From positions 1 to 42,019 of the IMG/VR virus record IMGVR_UViG_3300045135_001852: a stretch of DNA of 42,019 bases, one strand, 5' to 3'. Positions 28,757-37,892 of this stretch are shown in pieces. The position numbers and the translations under genes were made by a program. Position 1 is the stretch's first letter. Each line of letters starts with the position of its first letter. Source of the stretch: a virus. Its lineage: Duplodnaviria > Caudoviricetes. A model generated the notes under the pieces. The model was not told where the DNA came from. It saw nothing but the letters and a program-made list of their open reading frames with translations, and did not search any database.

Positions 28757-29118
28757 TTTTCATCATCTCGCTTTTTCTGTGGATAAACTAAATCTCGGAG
28801 TTGTCGGTAAAGGAGTTCATACTCCTTACGGAGTTTCGTAGCGGTAGCCACTATGTCAATGTTGCGCTCATCCATTGACTTCATCTTCTTGTTCAGTTTC
28901 TTGTCCGACTTGGTAAGGTCAAGTTCTCGCAAAGTCTCAATTAATTCCCCAAGTTTCGTAAAATCTTGACCAAAAAACTCCGTAGGTTCTGCGGCTTGAA
29001 GTGTCTTTTTGAGCCTCTTTTTTTCTTTTGCGCCTAAGGAATCTAATATTTCCTTAGGTGCTATTTTATCCTTTTTGAGAACAAATTCTTCTCCAGTATT
29101 ATAGTAGTCCCATGTCAT
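28753..29118 (-). CDS. Hypothetical helical protein (121 aa)
   Basis: ORF coupled to the downstream gene (ATGA overlap); GAGTGA RBS. Confidence 0.7.
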   Translation of the reverse strand: MTWDYYNTGEEFVLKKDKIAPKEILDSLGAKEKKRLKKTLQAAEPTEFFGQDFTKLGELIETLRELDLTKSDKKLNKKMKSMDERNIDIVATATKLRKEYELLYRQLRDLVYPQKKRDDEK

Positions 29119-29122
29119 AATA

Positions 29123-30976
29123 TCACTCTTCCAAAATGCTTTTTGTTTCTTCTTTTAAAGTTTCTAAGCCTTCTATTTGGTTTTCTGTTTTAGCAGACAA
29201 AATAACTAACTTGTCTAAAATGTCCAAAGACTTAAGGGCTTCTTTATCATTCAAAATCATCTCATAGTCGCCCTTTTCATTTTCTCGTAAATAATTAGCA
29301 AGAGTTTTTGTAGTTTCTTCTTCAAAAGATTCGGCATACATTTCTCTAAAGTATTCGTTGGTTAATCCCATAAGGCTCAATTGATATAGTTCATTAATTG
29401 CTTTTTGATAATTACCAGTAGCAATAGCAAGTAGGTCTTTGTCATCAATTAAGGCATTAAGTAAGTCTAATGAGTCATTTAAATCCTTAAGATTTTTTAG
29501 GAGTTTTTTCTTATTGTCAAATAATCTTCTATAATAATTTTTATCTTCCTCCTCTAAGTCCTCAAAGAAATCCTTCCCTAAAGATAATAAGTTCATTTGA
29601 ATTAATTGTCCAGATTCCAGCCTATATGACATTTCTTTATCTAACAGTTTGTCGTAACTATCCAAATTAAATTGCAATATTTCATCACTTGCCCTAAAGA
29701 GAGTAGGGTAAAGTTTTGTTATGGCCTTGAGTCGTGCTTCTTCTTTTTCATATTCCATTTGTAACTCTTTTTGTATTTTGACAACTTTCTTTCTTGTTCT
29801 CTCCGAACCCTTTTGGTATTCTTGAGCCATAGCCAATGCTTCTTTAGGGCTCAACTTCGGTTCGCCCTCTTCGGGAGGAGAGCCTGTTGCTTGTGCAAAA
29901 TATTTCTTTGTTAGGTTTCGGACAATATCTTGAATAGCATCGGGGCTTGACCTTATCTTTAATTCTTCAACTCTATTGTTGAGAATATCAATAATATCTT
30001 GATGCTTCTTATATTTTTTACCAAACTCTTCCATGTTTTGTTTTAACTTAGGAAAAATATTAGGTTGAGTATATTGTGGTAATTTTAATTTATACCTTTC
30101 AATAATATCTCTCGCTCTCTCAATTGATTTTAAGTCTTGATTTTTATTTCTTGCTCCTGTTGGGATTTCCCCAAATCTGTTAGCGTGTAAAAATTTAAAT
30201 GCGTCTATGAATAGTAATGACTCATCACCAACTTCAATTTCTTTCTTTGCTAAGTCCAAGTATTGGTTTGCCAGTTCCAAAACATCAATTTCTGGCAATT
30301 CATCATATTTTCTTGGTCTTCCCTTTGAATCGGTATCTGCTGGTGGGACAGGCTGAGTTAATTTGATTCCAACAGTTTTTTCTTCATCTTCTTCATCCTT
30401 AATAATTTCAAAAAATTTAGACAGGCGTTCTAAGTTTTTTGGGTAATTCACTACAAGGTTCATAAAATTGTATAGACTGTTTGAGATGGTTTTGTTTTGA
30501 ATATTGTTGTAATCCAATGCATTGGAAAACACATATCCACTCGCCATTTTTTTGCTTCTTGCGACTTCAATATTTTCTGCAATATTTTTCATATTAGGCA
30601 GTAAGTCTTTTAGAGAATCCAAACTATTGTAAATCCTCTCAAACGCTTTATACTCATCCCTTCTTAATGCCTCTAAATCTCCTTCTTCATCATCGGAAAC
30701 AACTCTCTCCATAGCCTCTCGGCTTCCTGTTTCTTTACCCAACGCAATTTGGAATGCTTCCTCTTCTTCTTTGGTTGCTTTCCGTATTTCTTCTTGTGCT
30801 TTTTCAATGTATCTTCTGTATTGCACAAGATTAGAAGAATCCATATTTTTCACAAGGGATTCCTTGATGGCAAAGGGGGTTGCATTTTCCTTGACCAAAA
30901 TTTTTGTTTCCGTATCCAAGTCTGCCTTTGCCAAAATACTCAACAAAGATTTGTCCTTAGACAATTCGGAAAACAT
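29123..30976 (-). CDS. Hypothetical K/E/L-rich coiled-coil protein (617 aa)
   Basis: Long ORF in the head module; GAGGT RBS. Confidence 0.75.
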   Translation of the reverse strand: MFSELSKDKSLLSILAKADLDTETKILVKENATPFAIKESLVKNMDSSNLVQYRRYIEKAQEEIRKATKEEEEAFQIALGKETGSREAMERVVSDDEEGDLEALRRDEYKAFERIYNSLDSLKDLLPNMKNIAENIEVARSKKMASGYVFSNALDYNNIQNKTISNSLYNFMNLVVNYPKNLERLSKFFEIIKDEEDEEKTVGIKLTQPVPPADTDSKGRPRKYDELPEIDVLELANQYLDLAKKEIEVGDESLLFIDAFKFLHANRFGEIPTGARNKNQDLKSIERARDIIERYKLKLPQYTQPNIFPKLKQNMEEFGKKYKKHQDIIDILNNRVEELKIRSSPDAIQDIVRNLTKKYFAQATGSPPEEGEPKLSPKEALAMAQEYQKGSERTRKKVVKIQKELQMEYEKEEARLKAITKLYPTLFRASDEILQFNLDSYDKLLDKEMSYRLESGQLIQMNLLSLGKDFFEDLEEEDKNYYRRLFDNKKKLLKNLKDLNDSLDLLNALIDDKDLLAIATGNYQKAINELYQLSLMGLTNEYFREMYAESFEEETTKTLANYLRENEKGDYEMILNDKEALKSLDILDKLVILSAKTENQIEGLETLKEETKSILEE

Positions 30977-30985
30977 GAAAAAACC

Positions 30986-31216
30986 TCAAAATGGAATGTT
31001 TTCTTTTCGGCCCCTTCGCTTAGGAGGAAGCGTCACAACATCGGGAATGTCACGACTTGAAGGTGCTGGCTTTGGTGTAGTATCCATAGGAATACCAGCA
31101 ATATCCAAATTTCTTTCGGGTTTTCTTTGCATAGCGGCGTTTTGGTTCAAAGCCTTAACTTGTGCTAATTCCTTTCTCAACCGCATTTCTTTTTGTTTCA
31201 TGTCTTCTTTCGTCAT
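30986..31216 (-). CDS. Hypothetical basic protein (76 aa)
   Basis: Start overlaps the portal stop (TAATG). Confidence 0.65.
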   Translation of the reverse strand: MTKEDMKQKEMRLRKELAQVKALNQNAAMQRKPERNLDIAGIPMDTTPKPAPSSRDIPDVVTLPPKRRGRKENIPF

Positions 31217-32865
31217 TATGGTATTCTCCTTTCGTTTCTTCTATCCACATTTTGATTTCCAGCATCTCTTGGTAGGCCAGCCATTCGCTTATCTGGCCCT
31301 ACGCTCATTCTGCTTTTATTTCTTGTGGCTGGAGGGTTTTCTTGAGGCTTTGAACCACCGCCTTCTGCAAACTCTCTTTGCATTTGGTCTAAATCTCGCT
31401 GGTCTAAGTTTGAACCTGCGAGAGGGTCATTCTTTGCTGGTTCTTCACCCGTTTCGGGAGAAGGTGCGGCATCAGGTTGAGGTTCAGGCTTTTTGAAAGT
31501 AAAGTTTCCGTCTTCATCCATTTCAACCTCAAAGCCTAAATTCTTTGTTGATGCTGCAATATTAACTTCAATCTCACGCTTACGAAGAACAGCAATTTCA
31601 TCTTCCTCTTCGCTTGGCGGTAGTTTCAAATCCCAATCAGTAATACCAAATTGCTTCGTTAAGAATGGAAAAACATAATTGTTATAGACATTTTGAGCCA
31701 TTTGGACTGCACGATTTGTTACAAGAATCTGCATACCCTCGTTATTCAAACCACCACTTGTAGTGTTGTCAGCCATGAATACCTTGCTAACACCATAGAA
31801 AGCAGAAATTCTGTCTCGTAAATCATCCTTTACTGAAACATAATCCATTTCCTTGAGGCTATCCATGAATTTAATCCACTCAACAGAGCCCTTTCCACCT
31901 TCTGCTTCAATACCCATCACAGGAATAAAATGCGGGTCTGTCTCCATCTTTTCTTTTACAGACCGCCAAAAGGAACGCATTGAATCCATGTTGCGAGTTT
32001 GGACTGCCAATAGTCCTCTCGGCATACGGCTTTTGGTATAGGAAGAATTGACATAATTCTCCATAGCGAGAAGAGTTGTGATGTGATTATAGAGGGTAAT
32101 GATAGGCGATAACCCATAGAGTCGGGAAGGACTATACTTGCTGAAATGAAGCACCTCTCCCTTGATGAAATACTGGTCTTTGCCTCCGACACGATTCACA
32201 TAATGAACAGGGTGCAGGGTGCTTCCACATTCCTCACAGTTTTCATGAGGCTCAATTGAAAGAAAACTTCTATGATTGACACAAGTAAATCCTTTTGTTC
32301 CTCTTTGTCCCAATTCATCAGAATAAATAGCCATAGTAACTGGGTCGCCACGATAAACTTCTTTAATGCGATGCATTCTAATTTTTTGATTCCCGTCAAT
32401 AAAATACTCTTTAACAAGAACAATATAAGCATCATCCATAATGTTGAGGTCATCTTCTAATTCTCTCAAAACATCAATAAATAATTGTTCGGACTTATTT
32501 ACATAGCCTTCAATAAACTTTTCAGCATATTGTAGTTGTTTAACATCGGGTGTTTTCAAGTCTTCGCTTTCACAGCGAGAACATTGTGAAACTGGCCTTT
32601 GGTGTTCCTTTCCACAAGAATTGCAAAGTGCTTCGTATGATTTCTCCCAAACATATCCTCTTCGGAAAATTTCTTGTTTAAGTTGTGTTATACAAGTTCG
32701 GGCAATAACAGAATTTTGAACAATATGATAAATAATTGGAGCAGTCATTAAATTGTTTTGCTGCCTTTCTTGAATACCAATGTTATAAATAGACCTATCT
32801 TCGGGTCTTGGGGTTGTTCTCCTAAATAGATTTGAAAAACTAAAGCGGCGTTTTTGCTCAACCAT
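31216..32865 (-). CDS. Portal protein with two Zn-ribbon insertions (549 aa)
   Basis: Portal motifs DDLNIMDDAYIVL, EVLHF...LYGLSPI, PRGLL, RISAFYGVSKVFM; lies between terminase and protease. Confidence 0.88.
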   Translation of the reverse strand: MVEQKRRFSFSNLFRRTTPRPEDRSIYNIGIQERQQNNLMTAPIIYHIVQNSVIARTCITQLKQEIFRRGYVWEKSYEALCNSCGKEHQRPVSQCSRCESEDLKTPDVKQLQYAEKFIEGYVNKSEQLFIDVLRELEDDLNIMDDAYIVLVKEYFIDGNQKIRMHRIKEVYRGDPVTMAIYSDELGQRGTKGFTCVNHRSFLSIEPHENCEECGSTLHPVHYVNRVGGKDQYFIKGEVLHFSKYSPSRLYGLSPIITLYNHITTLLAMENYVNSSYTKSRMPRGLLAVQTRNMDSMRSFWRSVKEKMETDPHFIPVMGIEAEGGKGSVEWIKFMDSLKEMDYVSVKDDLRDRISAFYGVSKVFMADNTTSGGLNNEGMQILVTNRAVQMAQNVYNNYVFPFLTKQFGITDWDLKLPPSEEEDEIAVLRKREIEVNIAASTKNLGFEVEMDEDGNFTFKKPEPQPDAAPSPETGEEPAKNDPLAGSNLDQRDLDQMQREFAEGGGSKPQENPPATRNKSRMSVGPDKRMAGLPRDAGNQNVDRRNERRIP

Positions 32866-32920
32866 GCTTGCCGCCCCCTCTTGTGTGCCTATGATAAGTC
32901 CTCTTTATGAACATGCCTCT

Positions 32921-33379
32921 TCATTCTTCTTCGGGGTCTTGCGTTCTCAATGGTTGCGGTAGGGTTTGGCGGTAGTATTCAGGACTTCTCCTTTCTCGCA
33001 TTTTTGTATCTCTTTCTCTTCTTTTCTCTTGTCTAATTCTCATTAACTCTTCATCTAATTCTGCATCTTTATCTGCTTCTTCTTGTCTAAAAGAATACAT
33101 TTTCTTATATTCTTCATATGATGGAATCGGCATTTCTAAAAATGTATCCTTTGCATCGGGCTCCATGTTCAAAAGGTAATTATACGCTCTTTCTGAAATA
33201 AAAGGGGTAGGTCTTATGCTATTCCATTCATTAACAAATTCTTGAAAATCAAATCGTTCATATCCCGAAACTCCATATTGTATTTTTTTATTTCTTCCAT
33301 ATTTTTTTCTTTCCAAATTGGCCTTTGCTTGCATCAATTCGGGAGGAATCATTTTATATTTTAGAATATCTTTCCACAT
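32921..33379 (-). CDS. Tagged accessory protein (MWKDILK, 152 aa)
   Basis: Start corrected using the AGGTGA RBS 4 nt upstream; R/E-rich C-terminus. Confidence 0.7.
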   Translation of the reverse strand: MWKDILKYKMIPPELMQAKANLERKKYGRNKKIQYGVSGYERFDFQEFVNEWNSIRPTPFISERAYNYLLNMEPDAKDTFLEMPIPSYEEYKKMYSFRQEEADKDAELDEELMRIRQEKRRERDTKMRERRSPEYYRQTLPQPLRTQDPEEE

Positions 33380-33387
33380 GTAATCAC

Positions 33388-33555
33388 CTAATATGGCTTG
33401 GCCCAGTTCATGGCCTGTTCTATTTTGCAAGTTAAACAAAGGTCACTTATTTTATTGGCTTTTTTACACCCTCTGCAAACTGTAGCGAACCTGATGTTTT
33501 TTGGTAGTTTGGTTCTAACTTTGTGCTTAAACACATCGTAATGCTTTCTTGGCAT
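33388..33555 (-). CDS. Small Zn-finger protein (55 aa, not in ORF track): MPRKHYDVFKHKVRTKLPKNIRFATVCRGCKKANKISDLCLTCKIEQAMNWAKPY
   Basis: Translated by hand; CxxC-x9-CxxC; exactly fills the gap between its neighbours. Confidence 0.65.
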   Translation of the reverse strand: MPRKHYDVFKHKVRTKLPKNIRFATVCRGCKKANKISDLCLTCKIEQAMNWAKPY

Positions 33556-33556
33556 C

Positions 33557-34561
33557 TTACCGCCTTCTCTCTCTGTCTAATTCATCCAACCTTCTTGCCC
33601 TTCTCATGGCCTCTGTCGCCCGCTTTGTTCTTTCAATTTCTTCTCTCTTTCTTGCTTCTGCGGCTCTCTTTTGTTCGGCTCTTTCCGAAGCAGATTTTCT
33701 TCCTCGCTTTTGTCGGGCTTGCTTAGGTTGTCTTTGACCTTTTTTTCTTGGAGACTGTCTTGTAGCAACTTGTCTCATTCTTTGTTGCTCTAACTTTTTT
33801 CTTCTTTGCATTTCTGCTTCTTGCTCTTTTTTCTTTTGTGCGGGAGACATCATTCTTTTTCTTCTTCGTTCTCGCACCAGTTCTCTTTTGTATGGATTTG
33901 ACATTCCCGTCATTAATTTTTGATGTATTGCATTTAATTCAATTTCGTCGGTTAATGATTTTAACCAATCCCTATCAATTATTGAAAGATAATTCTCATT
34001 TGGTAAAAGGCTTACAGATTTATTTGACTTTGAGCGCGCCTTAATAAAATCATAATAATTAAAACCTAAATAATGTTCCATAAGAGGAACCAATTGAGCC
34101 ATAATTTTTCTGTTTAATTTAATTCTTGTCTTTCCATATTCAAAAAGCCTTCGGGCTTCCGAGAGAACATACTCACTATATTTACCTGTTTTTTTACCAG
34201 TTACTATTGGTCTTTTCTCTTCAACTATATCTTCCCAATATTCTATATCTCTTTTTTTGTCTAAATAGTTTTTAGCATACGATTTAGCCCACCTTAATAT
34301 AAAAATTCTATCTAAATCATCTTGAGTAAATTCACCATAATATACATCAAGGAAAAAATCTTCATCTTTATATTTCGCAGGAATTTCGCTATTCAATCTT
34401 TTATATAGTCTTATTTCATCGGATAATTTCATAAGCCTATCTTCAAAGCCCTTAGCGTAAGAAGGAACAGGTTTTGCAAATTCATCCCATTTATTTGGTC
34501 TTCTTAATATAGGCGTATTTTCAAAATCAAATCTTTTCTTCTTTAGGGTATCAAACCACAT
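33557..34561 (-). CDS. Tagged accessory protein (MWFDTLK, 334 aa) with very basic R/K/Q-rich C-terminal third
   Basis: N-terminal tag; start overlaps the end of the LAGLIDADG gene. Confidence 0.7.
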   Translation of the reverse strand: MWFDTLKKKRFDFENTPILRRPNKWDEFAKPVPSYAKGFEDRLMKLSDEIRLYKRLNSEIPAKYKDEDFFLDVYYGEFTQDDLDRIFILRWAKSYAKNYLDKKRDIEYWEDIVEEKRPIVTGKKTGKYSEYVLSEARRLFEYGKTRIKLNRKIMAQLVPLMEHYLGFNYYDFIKARSKSNKSVSLLPNENYLSIIDRDWLKSLTDEIELNAIHQKLMTGMSNPYKRELVRERRRKRMMSPAQKKKEQEAEMQRRKKLEQQRMRQVATRQSPRKKGQRQPKQARQKRGRKSASERAEQKRAAEARKREEIERTKRATEAMRRARRLDELDRERRR

Positions 34562-35891
34562 TTTGCATTCCCCCAATTTGTTCAATAGAGTCCATTACCG
34601 ACATTTTACAATTGTCTTTGTATTTTTGAATATCATCAAGAACGATATTCTCCTTAGCCCAATCAAAACCTACATGGTCTTTATGGTTTTCCCACTTCAT
34701 GAGTTTGAAGATTTCATCACAGCGACTTTTATACCAATCAGCCTTCTTGTAAGATTTTTTCATACGAATCAATTCCAATAGTAATTTTGCATTTCCTTTC
34801 TTTAAACGAAAGTGAGGCAAGCATTTCGTCAATAGATTCACTACATCATCTTGAGAGTAAAAATTCAACCTGTTGATAAGCCGTGTGTCTTGGGGAGATT
34901 TTTGGTCTAAGTGCATACGGCCAAAACCAATTGATTTATGCATCTCGGTCATAAATGCCTTCCCTCTTTCTCCTGTTGCGACCAATCCTACTCTTGGATT
35001 CATCTTGCGGTCAAGAGTAATATAGCCATCGGAGTCAATAAATGCGGCAGTATAAGCCCAAATATTTTTCTTAATTTCATCAGGTATTTTGTATAACGAA
35101 CCCTTTACCGAAACAATACCCAACTTTTTAATTTCTTGAGAAATAACACTTGGACTACAACTCTTGTGTAAATCGCTTGGCATTCGGTCGTGAATTTCGG
35201 AAGCGGTGATGCCATGCTTCTCACAGACTGCTTTCAAAATAAAATCTCTTTGCCTCTCTTTCTTTGATTTGTTCAAAGACTGGTTGGTGATTTTAGCGAT
35301 GCACTCTCTAAAATTTCTCTTGGCAAAAGACATCTCTTTTGAAAGGCGGGAATACTCCTGTCCATAGACCATTCCTTTCTGTTCTGTTTCTGCTTCCCAG
35401 TATTTACAAAGAGCATCAACAACTTCCCTTCTTTCCTCAAGGCTTTTCATCTTGTTTAATTTTTGCAAATCCTTTTCATTGAACCTCATTTTAAGAAGAG
35501 ACTCTTTGTAGGGTGCTAACCAATAAATGGAATCAATGCACTTAAACAAATGGTCTGAGTAGGCATCAATCATTGTATCAATTGCCTTTGACATTTTATC
35601 TCTATTCTCACCCTTCAACTTTCTTCTTGACATTCTCATTTGCTTCACAAGGTCGGGAATGTTTCTTTCTTGCACAACATATTCGGGCGGAAAATTTTCT
35701 AAAGCCTTTCTTGCCTCAGTAGCATTAATTTTCAAAACATCACAAAGCGTTGAAATTTCTTCATTTTCGGACATCACATAATCCGAATAAAGAGTTTTGG
35801 AAAGCATTTTTTCTTCTTGAAAAATTTCGGTATCGGCATCCCTATTTGCCTCCTCTTTGATTTCTTCCTCTCTTCTTTGAAGTTCGGCCAA
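34551..35891 (-). CDS. Helical + HTH + LAGLIDADG endonuclease-domain protein (possibly starting at ATT 35939)
   Basis: WAYTAAFIDSDGYI motif, then LLTKCLPHFRLKK; HTH-like GITASEIHDRM...SVISQEIKKL precedes it. Confidence 0.8.
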   Translation of the reverse strand: MAELQRREEEIKEEANRDADTEIFQEEKMLSKTLYSDYVMSENEEISTLCDVLKINATEARKALENFPPEYVVQERNIPDLVKQMRMSRRKLKGENRDKMSKAIDTMIDAYSDHLFKCIDSIYWLAPYKESLLKMRFNEKDLQKLNKMKSLEERREVVDALCKYWEAETEQKGMVYGQEYSRLSKEMSFAKRNFRECIAKITNQSLNKSKKERQRDFILKAVCEKHGITASEIHDRMPSDLHKSCSPSVISQEIKKLGIVSVKGSLYKIPDEIKKNIWAYTAAFIDSDGYITLDRKMNPRVGLVATGERGKAFMTEMHKSIGFGRMHLDQKSPQDTRLINRLNFYSQDDVVNLLTKCLPHFRLKKGNAKLLLELIRMKKSYKKADWYKSRCDEIFKLMKWENHKDHVGFDWAKENIVLDDIQKYKDNCKMSVMDSIEQIGGMQNVV

Positions 35892-35948
35892 CTCTTTGGC
35901 CTTTTCCGAGATTTTATCATACTGTTCGGCAGTTGGAATAATCTCACC

Positions 35949-37373
35949 TCAAAAATTTAAACCAAGACCACGATAAACTTGCCTCGTTGGTTTGGCCTCC
36001 TCAAAGAGTCCCAAATCGTCTAATAGTATGAAGTTATCCGAGGCTTGGTAAGTGGCCGCATTTGCCAAAGCAAGGCTCATCACCATATCGTCATGCGCCC
36101 CAATACCCTCAAACTTTCCTCGTTCTGTGATGGCAAACATGGATAACTCCTCAATCAATGTGGAGGTAACTCTCCTACTTTCTTCGTTGCCATAAGGGAA
36201 ACTCATCTTTGAGTTTTCTAAGGTCATCTGCAAGTTGAGGATGATTTCTTGTTTCTTCTTTCGGGTAGTGTTGAAGTCGTGAATATTAAGGTCTGCCACT
36301 TGGCGCAACTCTTGAGTGAATGATTTAGCGAAAGTATTCGTTTCAAAAAGAATAACTTCGGGTCTAAACAGTTGTCCAATAATTTTGACCTTTTGTATAT
36401 TTTCTCTAAACTGAACATTCTTTGCTCGGTCAATATACACAATGGATTTGTTTTCATTTTCATCCATCTCAAGAACCGTGATAACATTGTAGTCACCATC
36501 TGTTGAAATAGCAGGGTCCACACCTACAAAATATTTCATGCCCTCCCTGCGATGGGGTTTCAAAACCAAATCCTTATTCTTCGCCGCATCTAAGTATTCG
36601 GGGTTGAATAAAGAAGTCCCTGTTGAGATTGGCACACACATATACTCTCTTGTGAACATCAAAGAACCAACTTCCGCTTTACGGGCCATCAATGCTTCAT
36701 AATTCCAACGCTCAGGCCATAACGGTTCATTGAGAGAATTTAGACAAGGATATGTCCTCACCGTATATGCTGGATTTTCTGCGAGTTGTTGGTAAATATC
36801 CGTGTAAGAAAATGGAGTCCCGATAACACGAAGAGAAGCGGTGTGGTGAAGTGTAGGAATCATGTCACCATAAAACCAATCTGTTACTTTTTGAATACCC
36901 GTCATACTAAACTCTTTCAAAGGGTCGTCAATGATAATTTCTTGAGGGTGCAGACCACGAATCTGTGAGCCAACAGAACGCTCAAGGATTTGATTTCCAT
37001 TGGTGAGGGTAATATTCCCGATAGCCCAACCCCTTGCAGGTTTGAATTTTTTAAGCATCGGATGGGTGAACATTTTATCAATATCTCTCATATGAACTAA
37101 AGTCTGCTTTTGGTTAGAAGAGATGTAAAGCATTTGATATGGGGGTTCTTCAAAGATTAATTTCCATACAACCCATGAATGCATAAATACAGATTTTCCG
37201 TGGTCTCTTGAGCAAATAATTACAGTTCTTTGAGTTTCGTTCATTAAATTATGCCACTCTTGTATGTATGAAGGAAAATCAAAACCAAGAACATTTTGAA
37301 AGAAATACGGAAATGAGTTTTTGGATAACTTCATATCCATTTCATGTTCAAAGTTGAAGGTATCTAATTCCAT
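35949..37373 (-). CDS. terL: Terminase large subunit (474 aa)
   Basis: Walker A SRDHGKS, Walker B IIIDD, motif VIGTP, nuclease GVDPA and HDDMVMSLALA. Confidence 0.95.
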   Translation of the reverse strand: MELDTFNFEHEMDMKLSKNSFPYFFQNVLGFDFPSYIQEWHNLMNETQRTVIICSRDHGKSVFMHSWVVWKLIFEEPPYQMLYISSNQKQTLVHMRDIDKMFTHPMLKKFKPARGWAIGNITLTNGNQILERSVGSQIRGLHPQEIIIDDPLKEFSMTGIQKVTDWFYGDMIPTLHHTASLRVIGTPFSYTDIYQQLAENPAYTVRTYPCLNSLNEPLWPERWNYEALMARKAEVGSLMFTREYMCVPISTGTSLFNPEYLDAAKNKDLVLKPHRREGMKYFVGVDPAISTDGDYNVITVLEMDENENKSIVYIDRAKNVQFRENIQKVKIIGQLFRPEVILFETNTFAKSFTQELRQVADLNIHDFNTTRKKKQEIILNLQMTLENSKMSFPYGNEESRRVTSTLIEELSMFAITERGKFEGIGAHDDMVMSLALANAATYQASDNFILLDDLGLFEEAKPTRQVYRGLGLNF

Positions 37374-37888
37374 TATTCTTTCCTCTCCTTTTTACGCCTA
37401 TATTGTCTAACTGGCCCTTTTTTTCTTTTAGCATACCTTTCTCTTGCTTGCCGATTTATTTTTTCTTTATATTCGGGGTCATCGGCCCGCCTTTCTTTTC
37501 TTTGACGATTTCTTTTTTCTCTAAATTCGGGGTCAGCGTGTGTTTTTTTGTTTCCTTCTAATAATTTTCTTCTAAATTCAGGGTCATTAGCATACCTTTC
37601 CCTTCTCCTTTCTTGACTTCTTTCTTTATATTTTTCCATATAGTTTGAATTTATTTCCTCCAACCTTTCTAAAAAATTTTCATATTGTTCTGCTTCTGCC
37701 AAATTTGTAAGTTTTTCAAATTCATTTTCAGTAATCTCTTCTGTTAATTTACCATCACTAATCGCTCGCATTAAACTTAGAGAGGGAGTTAATTTCTTAG
37801 TATCTGCACTTGGAATACCAAATACCTCCACAAGAAACCTTTGAAAATCACTCGGAAAATTCACCTTTAAAATATCAAACCAATTCAT
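37373..37888 (-). CDS. Tagged accessory protein (MNWFDILK, 171 aa) with three DPE[FY] basic repeats
   Basis: N-terminal tag; repeats NDPEFRRK / ADPEFREK / DDPEYKEK. Confidence 0.7.
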   Translation of the reverse strand: MNWFDILKVNFPSDFQRFLVEVFGIPSADTKKLTPSLSLMRAISDGKLTEEITENEFEKLTNLAEAEQYENFLERLEEINSNYMEKYKERSQERRRERYANDPEFRRKLLEGNKKTHADPEFREKRNRQRKERRADDPEYKEKINRQARERYAKRKKGPVRQYRRKKERKE

Positions 37889-37892
37889 TTTA

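Noticed and set aside
28753-29118. MTWDYYNTGEEFVLKK as a 14th tag
   Set aside because: W and VLK are present but the spacing is wrong; at most a variant, so not counted.
34551-37373. Intron or intein in the terminase associated with the LAGLIDADG gene
   Set aside because: terL is intact with all motifs in one ORF; there are no intein C/S...HN termini and no split gene flanks the endonuclease.
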